From a bacterium (lineage in GTDB: Bacteria > Sysuimicrobiota > Sysuimicrobiia > Sysuimicrobiales > Humicultoraceae): a stretch of DNA of 12,287 nt. This document shows, in pieces, positions 6,502 to 12,287 of this stretch (position 1 is the stretch's first letter; each line of letters begins with the position of its first letter). Location: positions 1 through 12,287 of the forward strand of contig JBGQGY010000111.1 in NCBI GenBank assembly GCA_041497675.1, given 5' to 3'. The notes beneath the pieces were generated by a model. The model saw only the letters and a program-made list of their open reading frames with translations. It was not told the origin of the DNA and made no database searches. The position numbers and the translations under genes were made by a program.

Positions 6502-7971
6502 ATGCATCGGGCGTTCCCGATCCTGGCTCTGGTCGTGCTCGCCGCGGTCGCAGCGGCCACCGTGCCGGCGCTCGGCCTGCTGGCCGCCCCTGCGGCCGTG
6601 GCATGGGGCCGCGGCTTCGCGGCCGGCGGTCTGGCGGCGTTGCTGGCCACGCTCCTTGCGCTGCGCTCCACGCCCTCCGACCGTCTGAGCGCCGTCGTCG
6701 CGGTCGCCGCCATGCAATTCGCCGGGCTGGCGGCGGTGGTCGCCGCGGTCCACTGGTCGGGCACCGCGATCCTGGACGGGCTGGCGGGGATCGCCGCCGG
6801 CTGGCTGGTCACCTCGCTCGTTCTGCACCGCGGGGCGCAGAGTGTGGCGGCGTCCGGCGTGGGATTCGTGACGGCGCTCTGCGCGGCGGCGGCGCTGGGA
6901 CACTTCCGCCAGGCGGCCGCGGCCGTCACGCCGCCGTGGATATCCGCGGCGCTGGTGTTGGGCGCGCTGGGCGCGCTGACGCTGCTGGCGATCGGCATCG
7001 CGGCCGCGTACTCCGAGCGCCGGCGGGTCGCCCCCGAGTCGCCCCGCGTCACGCGAGACGTAGTCCTGATCGTCCTCGCATGTGTGATCGCCGCCGGCGC
7101 CGCATACGCTGTGGCCACTCGTACGCTGCATGAACCACGGTTCCTCGCGGCCGCCGGGATCGGGCTTGCGCTTCCTCTGGTGCTGGCGTGGCTGCTGCTC
7201 GACGATGAGCATCTGCAGGCGCCCGGCGGCTTTTCGCTGGACGCCGCGCTCGGTGTGCTCGTGACGCTCGGCGCCGCCATCGCGGCCTTCTACGCGCTGG
7301 CGGGCTACGGCATCGGTATCATGCTCATCGCCGCGTCGCTGCCGGCAGGGCTCATCCTCGCGCTGGGGGTTCCCCGCGGCGCCACCGCGCCGGGCGATCG
7401 CCTCGTGCAGTTGCTGCTCTTTGGCGCCGTTTTGGTCGTCTATCGCGTCTTCGTGCAGCGGTTCCAGGACGATCTGGGCGCCGCGGCGCTGACCGATCAT
7501 CTCGCGATGTTCAGCATGATCGTCGGCGCCGTCCTCCCCTCAATCCTAGGCGGCATTCTTGGACGCCCGTCCGACGCGCAGTCCGATCCCACCGCCGAAA
7601 CGTCGATCCGGCTCGTCCTGACGTTCGCCGGCGCGACCGCCTTCGGCGCCGCGCTGCTCGGGCTGTGGGGACCGAGGGCCGGGCTGGGATTCTTGAACGG
7701 TCTGTTGCTCGGTGCGGCGTTGCCCGGAGGAGGCTCACGGACCGGGCTGCTGGCGCTGGCGGCGGCGCTGCCGCTGATCCAGTGGTCGCACACGCTGCTG
7801 GCCTTCTCTGCACAGACCCGCGCCGAGAAGGCCCGCGTGGTGATGTGGCTCGTGGGGATCGCCATTGCCGTCGTTGCGGGAGCCGATCTCTGGGGACGCC
7901 TGACCCGCCGCGCGAGACCCAACGCCGCAGGTCAGCTCATCCAGCCCAGCGGCGAAGGAGGAGAGCGATGA
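6502..7971 (+). CDS. Polytopic membrane protein (about 15-16 predicted TM helices), 489 aa; possible non-catalytic membrane pyrophosphatase (HppA)-fold homolog
   Basis: GGAGG Shine-Dalgarno at 6491-6495, ATG at 6502 (MHRAFPILALVVL...). Nearly continuous hydrophobic segments. Stop overlaps the next start (ATGA at 7968-7971). The gene itself is well supported; the fold assignment is inference (see findings). Confidence 0.85.
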   Translation: MHRAFPILALVVLAAVAAATVPALGLLAAPAAVAWGRGFAAGGLAALLATLLALRSTPSDRLSAVVAVAAMQFAGLAAVVAAVHWSGTAILDGLAGIAAGWLVTSLVLHRGAQSVAASGVGFVTALCAAAALGHFRQAAAAVTPPWISAALVLGALGALTLLAIGIAAAYSERRRVAPESPRVTRDVVLIVLACVIAAGAAYAVATRTLHEPRFLAAAGIGLALPLVLAWLLLDDEHLQAPGGFSLDAALGVLVTLGAAIAAFYALAGYGIGIMLIAASLPAGLILALGVPRGATAPGDRLVQLLLFGAVLVVYRVFVQRFQDDLGAAALTDHLAMFSMIVGAVLPSILGGILGRPSDAQSDPTAETSIRLVLTFAGATAFGAALLGLWGPRAGLGFLNGLLLGAALPGGGSRTGLLALAAALPLIQWSHTLLAFSAQTRAEKARVVMWLVGIAIAVVAGADLWGRLTRRARPNAAGQLIQPSGEGGER

Positions 7972-10900
7972 ACCGGCGCCGTTGGCCCACCGCCGTTGTC
8001 GCGCTGCTGTGCTTGGGCGCCGCGCTCGTCTACGCCACGTGGCAGGAGCCGCCCGTGGGCCGTATCGAGGGCCGGGTGGTCGAGGCGGGTAAGGGCCTGC
8101 CGGTCGCCCGGGCCACGGTCGTCCTGACCTCGTTGGACGCCGATGGAGCGGTCACATCCCCGGTCCGCTACGTCCGGGCCGGACCGGACGGCCGGTTCTT
8201 CTTCACACAAGTGCCGACGGGTTCGCAGCAGGTGTCGGCGTTTCTCGACGCCTCCTCGGTCCAAGAAGCAGAAGTGACCGTCCAGGAGGGCGTGACGGCG
8301 GTTGTCACGCTCGCACTCGAAGCTGCGCGGCCATCGCTGCAGATGGCCGGCCCAACCCGTCACTTCACGACCGCCGAACGGCTCGTGCTCCCGGTCCGCG
8401 GATATGTCGAGAAAGGCGCGGCCAAGCGCGCTGTGCGTGTGCGAGTCTACCGGACCCGGATGTCGCATCTGCTGAGCCACCGGGTGACCGCGCAGGCGCT
8501 GGCGCAACTGGGCGCCGAGTGGGCGACGAACACCAAAATCCCCGACGTGCTCTTGAAGCCGCCGGCAGGTGATCGCCCGAGGCTCGTCCTCGAGCGCGAT
8601 GACGCGATCACCGAGGCGGGCGCGGAAGGTTTCTACAACAAGGTCATCGACCTTGGCCGGCAGGGAACCGGTCTGTATCTGGTCGAGGCCGCGTATGCCG
8701 ACACGACCGTCGCGACATGGCTGCTGGTGTCAGACACGGCCCTGGTGATCAAGAGCGCGCCGGGCGAGATGCTGGGGTTCGTGACCGACGCGGCGACCGG
8801 CCGGCCGATCGAGGCAAGCGCGGTGACGATCTTCCAGAACGGCAAGGCACTGGCGCAGGGCAAGACCGACACCAACGGTCTGGTCACGCTCGCCGTCGCC
8901 AAAGACCTTCAGGAGTTCTTCCTCGTCGCTGTGGCGCAGCGCGGCGACGACGAAGCCGTCGTCGGCCGGACCGAGTATCGTTTCGAGCACTCCGGCGAAT
9001 TCACGATCTACGCGTACACCGACCGGCCGGTCTACCGGCCGGGGGATCGCATCCACTACAAGGCGATCGTCAGGAAGAACGGCGCCCGGGGATTCGACTA
9101 CTCGGTGCCGTCGGGACAGACCGTGACGATCGAGGTGCGCGACCCCAACGGCGAGCCGATCTTGCGCGAGCAGCGCCGCACGAGCGCGCTCGGCACATTC
9201 TCCGGTCAGGTGGATCTGAGCCCCGAGGCGCGCACCGGCGCGTACGCCATCGTGCTCGTGACTGGCGGCACGACCGCCACGTACGATGTCGCCGTCGCCG
9301 CGTATCGCAAGCCCGAGTTCGCGGTGACCGTCACGCCGCAACGCACCGTCTACACACGGGGTGACACGATCACGCTCAACGTGTCGGCGCAGTTCTACTT
9401 CGGCGCGCCGGTCGCCGGCGGCACGGTCGAGTATTTCGTCTACCGATCGCCGGACTGGGCGTACGAGTATCTCGACCGCTCGGATGTCGAGCCCGAAGAC
9501 GCCTCGATCCTCTTCCCCGGCTATCGCGGCGACGGCCAGCCCGTGACCCGCGCCCAGGCGCAACTCGACGCGCAGGGCAAGGCGGTCATCACGTTTCCCG
9601 CCGACGTCCCAGACGAAGCCGACGCCCCACAGGCGCAGGTGTTCACCGCGTCCCTCGTTGTGCGCGATCCGGCGGGCCGGGAAGTCACCGCGGATCAGAC
9701 GGTGCGGGTGGCGGCCGGTGATGTCCGGCTGGCCGTGGAGACGGACGGATATCTCGCCGCGCCCAACACCCCGGTCGGCATTACGGTGACCTCGCAGGAT
9801 CATCAGCGGAAGCCCGTCGCCAATCTTCGGCTCGAGCTGGAAGTGCTCTACTGGACATGGACCCCCGGACGGTCCGGCTACTCGCTGGAGAAGGTCCAGA
9901 CGGTGCCGGCCGTCACCGGACCCGACGGCCGCGCGCAGGTGAGAGTCAATTTCCCGCGCCAGGGTTCGGTGCAGCTTCGCGCCAGAGCGGTCGATGGGCG
10001 TGGCCGCACGGTCCGCGCTTCCACGTACCTGTGGGTCGCCAGCGACGCCGCCGCAGACCTCGGAGGGCGTTATGCTGACCTCTCGCTGGCGACCGACAGG
10101 CGTCAGTACCGTTCCGGTGATGTGGCCAGGGTCTTGATCAATACTCAGCAGATCGGTCAGACGGTATTGCTCACCGTCGAAGGATCGCGCATCTATCGGG
10201 CCATCGCCATCCCGATCACGCGGCCCAGCACGGTCGTGCGGCTGCCGATCGAGCGCGAGTTCGGGCCGAACGTGTCCATCGAGGCGCTCTACGTCAGCGG
10301 GAAGCGTCTGTCGTCCAGCAGCGTCGGCATCCGAGTGGCGACGCCCGAGTCGGAGTTGCAGGTGTCCATCCGGTCGGATCGGGCACGGTACGGGCCGGGC
10401 GATCGGGCGACATACACCGTGGAGATCCGCGACGCGGCCGGCAAACCGCAGCAGGCTGAATTCTCGCTCGGTGTCGTCGATGAGGCCATCTACGCCATCC
10501 GCGAAGACGACCCGAAGGCGCTGCGCGAGGCATTCTACCCGCGGCGGTCCAACCGGGTACGCACCAGTTTCTCCTTCGCGTTGTTTTACCTGGGCGACGC
10601 CGACAAGGCGGAAGCCCGCATCGCCACGCGGTCCAGGTTCCGCGACACGGCGTTCTGGCAGCCCGCGCTGCAGACCAATCCTCTCGGCCGGGCGACGGTG
10701 TCGGTCACGCTGCCCGACAACCTGACCACATGGCGGGCAACGGTCGTGGCACACACCACGGACACGCGTCTGGGGCGCGCCACCCATACGCTCGTCGCCG
10801 CCAAGGACTTCTTCGTCCGGCTGGACACCCCACGGCTGCTCACGGAGCACGATCGCTCGCGCATCCTGTTAACTGTTCACAACGACACCGCCGCGGCTCA

Positions 10901-12287
10901 GCAGGCGACCGCCCGGTTGCAGATCGAGGGTCTCGTCGTGGAGGGCGGGGAGACGCACACGCTCGCCCTGGCCCCGCGCGCGTCGGGGCAGGTCGCCTGG
11001 CCGGTGACCGCCCGGCAGGCCGGCACCGCGAAGATTCGCGCCACCGCCTGGACGACCGGCGGTAGCCGTCAATACACCGACGGCGTCGAAATGTCGGTGC
11101 CGGTGCGTCCGCACGGCCGGCTGCAGGTCGAAGGCCGGGCCGGGGACGTCACCGCCGACCTGCCGGCGACCGAAACGTTCAACGTGGAGGCCGCGGCACA
11201 CCCCACGGGGAGTTCGTTGACGCTCCGGATCAGCCCCTCGGTCATCTCCTCGGCGGTCGGCGCGTTGGACTACCTCATTGGATATCCGTATGGCTGCGTG
11301 GAGCAGACGATGAGCCGGTTCTTGCCCACGGTGCTCGTGCAGCGAACGCTGCGTGTGGCCGGCATCCCCAACCCGGCTCTTGCGGCGCAGATCTCGCAGA
11401 TGGTCCGCGACAGCGTAGCGCGTCTGTATCGTTTCCAGCACGAGAGCGGCGGGTGGGGATGGTGGGAGTTCGACGAAGATCATCCGTGGATGACGGCCTA
11501 CGTCCTCTACGGGCTGGCGGTGGCCAGGGCCGACGGTCACCCGGTCAGTACCGACGTCCTGGAGAAAGCCCAGAAGGCCGCGCTGGAGTTGACCAAGCTG
11601 GCCGACCCCGATACGAGGATGTTCCTGCTCTACGCGGTGGCGCTCTCGGGCCGGCCCGACGCCGTCCGGAGCGAGTTGACCGGGCCCAGTCCGGCGGAGT
11701 TGGGTCCCCACGGTCTGGCCTACCGCGTCCTGCTGGCAAAGAGTCTGGGTCAGAATCCGCGCCCGGCGCTCCAGGCGCTGCTCCAGCGGGCTGTGGCGAA
11801 GGACGGGATGATCCACTGGGGCACGGCAGATCTCTGGGACTGGGATGCCTCAATGGCCACCGCGCTGGGTCTGCGCGCGATGCTGGCGGTCAACCCGCAG
11901 GATGTCCGCATCCCGCAGGTTGTGCGGTGGTTGATGCACAACCGGACCGGCCAGTATTGGTGGAGCACCCGGAACACGTCGTGGGCGCTGGCTGCGCTCG
12001 CCGACTATGCCGACACAGAACGTCGGGCCGCGGCCGAGCGCGGTACGACAGTCGAACGCGGGGCCGCGTCACTGGGGGGCGAGCTGCGCGTGCGGCTCAA
12101 CGGCCAGGTGATCCAGACGTATCCCCTCACGCGGGCGGCGGCGGGTGCCCCCGACCTCATGCTGCGAATCCCCGGCTCGTCCCTACGCCCGGGACGCAAT
12201 ACCGTGACGCTGGAACGCTCGGGCGGCGCCAGCCGGGTCTTCTACACCATGCAACTGCGGCAGGTCGTCGCCATGGACGAGATTCCG
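7968..12287 (+). CDS. Bacterial alpha-2-macroglobulin (MG2 / A2M / thioester domains) with N-terminal carboxypeptidase-regulatory-like domain; 3' end runs off the window (at least 1440 aa)
   Basis: Not in the ORF track because it has no stop in the window. AGGAGG Shine-Dalgarno. MNRRRWPTAVVALLCLGAALVYATW signal/anchor. Motifs in the same frame: YTDRPVYRPGD (~9015), AYRKPEF (9300), GVVDEAIY (10470), FRDTAFW, LPDNLTTWR, YPYGCVEQTMS (CVEQ at 11295-11306), QHESGGWGWW, WWSTRNTSWAL. Confidence 0.95.
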   Translation, partial: MNRRRWPTAVVALLCLGAALVYATWQEPPVGRIEGRVVEAGKGLPVARATVVLTSLDADGAVTSPVRYVRAGPDGRFFFTQVPTGSQQVSAFLDASSVQEAEVTVQEGVTAVVTLALEAARPSLQMAGPTRHFTTAERLVLPVRGYVEKGAAKRAVRVRVYRTRMSHLLSHRVTAQALAQLGAEWATNTKIPDVLLKPPAGDRPRLVLERDDAITEAGAEGFYNKVIDLGRQGTGLYLVEAAYADTTVATWLLVSDTALVIKSAPGEMLGFVTDAATGRPIEASAVTIFQNGKALAQGKTDTNGLVTLAVAKDLQEFFLVAVAQRGDDEAVVGRTEYRFEHSGEFTIYAYTDRPVYRPGDRIHYKAIVRKNGARGFDYSVPSGQTVTIEVRDPNGEPILREQRRTSALGTFSGQVDLSPEARTGAYAIVLVTGGTTATYDVAVAAYRKPEFAVTVTPQRTVYTRGDTITLNVSAQFYFGAPVAGGTVEYFVYRSPDWAYEYLDRSDVEPEDASILFPGYRGDGQPVTRAQAQLDAQGKAVITFPADVPDEADAPQAQVFTASLVVRDPAGREVTADQTVRVAAGDVRLAVETDGYLAAPNTPVGITVTSQDHQRKPVANLRLELEVLYWTWTPGRSGYSLEKVQTVPAVTGPDGRAQVRVNFPRQGSVQLRARAVDGRGRTVRASTYLWVASDAAADLGGRYADLSLATDRRQYRSGDVARVLINTQQIGQTVLLTVEGSRIYRAIAIPITRPSTVVRLPIEREFGPNVSIEALYVSGKRLSSSSVGIRVATPESELQVSIRSDRARYGPGDRATYTVEIRDAAGKPQQAEFSLGVVDEAIYAIREDDPKALREAFYPRRSNRVRTSFSFALFYLGDADKAEARIATRSRFRDTAFWQPALQTNPLGRATVSVTLPDNLTTWRATVVAHTTDTRLGRATHTLVAAKDFFVRLDTPRLLTEHDRSRILLTVHNDTAAAQQATARLQIEGLVVEGGETHTLALAPRASGQVAWPVTARQAGTAKIRATAWTTGGSRQYTDGVEMSVPVRPHGRLQVEGRAGDVTADLPATETFNVEAAAHPTGSSLTLRISPSVISSAVGALDYLIGYPYGCVEQTMSRFLPTVLVQRTLRVAGIPNPALAAQISQMVRDSVARLYRFQHESGGWGWWEFDEDHPWMTAYVLYGLAVARADGHPVSTDVLEKAQKAALELTKLADPDTRMFLLYAVALSGRPDAVRSELTGPSPAELGPHGLAYRVLLAKSLGQNPRPALQALLQRAVAKDGMIHWGTADLWDWDASMATALGLRAMLAVNPQDVRIPQVVRWLMHNRTGQYWWSTRNTSWALAALADYADTERRAAAERGTTVERGAASLGGELRVRLNGQVIQTYPLTRAAAGAPDLMLRIPGSSLRPGRNTVTLERSGGASRVFYTMQLRQVVAMDEIP
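12018..12071 (+). repeat. Degenerate in-frame 18-bp tandem triplication encoding ERRAAA-ERGTTV-ERGAAS
   Basis: Units GAACGTCGGGCCGCGGCC, GAGCGCGGTACGACAGTC and GAACGCGGGGCCGCGTCA. Units 1 and 3 match at 14 of 18 positions. Confidence 0.4.

Noticed and set aside
6420..6520. tRNA 3' end as an integration site for a genomic island
   Set aside because: No integrase, no att duplication within the window and no obvious compositional shift. Cannot be excluded beyond the window.
5255..6688. 477-aa plus-strand ORF
   Set aside because: Antisense to DUF1646 and runs through the tRNA. Composition is typical of a shadow ORF.
6303..7500. Minus-strand ORFs of 325 aa and 350 aa
   Set aside because: Antisense to the membrane protein and tRNA, with low-complexity translations.
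6502..7971. Annotating the membrane protein as a functional hppA, or as an hppA pseudogene
   Set aside because: None of the acidic PPi/Mg-binding motifs is present, so it cannot be a working PPase. The frame is intact with a Shine-Dalgarno and translational coupling, so decay is not indicated.
8730..10850. 706-aa minus-strand ORF (also 7932-8507 and 10869-11816)
   Set aside because: Antisense shadows of the A2M gene caused by GC-rich codon bias. Arg/Gly/Asp/His-rich with no recognisable motifs.

Overview
GC-rich bacterial chromosomal window with two divergent transcription arms that meet at about 6293-6355. Minus arm, read from right to left: a DUF1646/ion-transporter (IT) superfamily membrane protein, signal peptide peptidase SppA, a patatin-like phospholipase and a beta-CASP metallo-beta-lactamase ribonuclease (the last three have overlapping stop/start codons). 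An AT-rich tandem operator follows, then a COG4091-type NAD(P)-binding/SAF-domain oxidoreductase that runs off the left edge. Plus arm: tRNA-Ser(CGA), a 489-aa polytopic membrane protein, and a translationally coupled bacterial alpha-2-macroglobulin with an intact CVEQ thioester motif that runs off the right edge. The most notable observation is the 489-aa protein. By eye it follows the transmembrane helix order of membrane-bound H+/Na+ pyrophosphatases (HppA) but lacks all the acidic catalytic loops, suggesting an enzymatically dead mPPase-fold scaffold partnered with the macroglobulin. No mobile element, CRISPR array or rRNA is evident. All family assignments come from manual motif recognition, not database searches.
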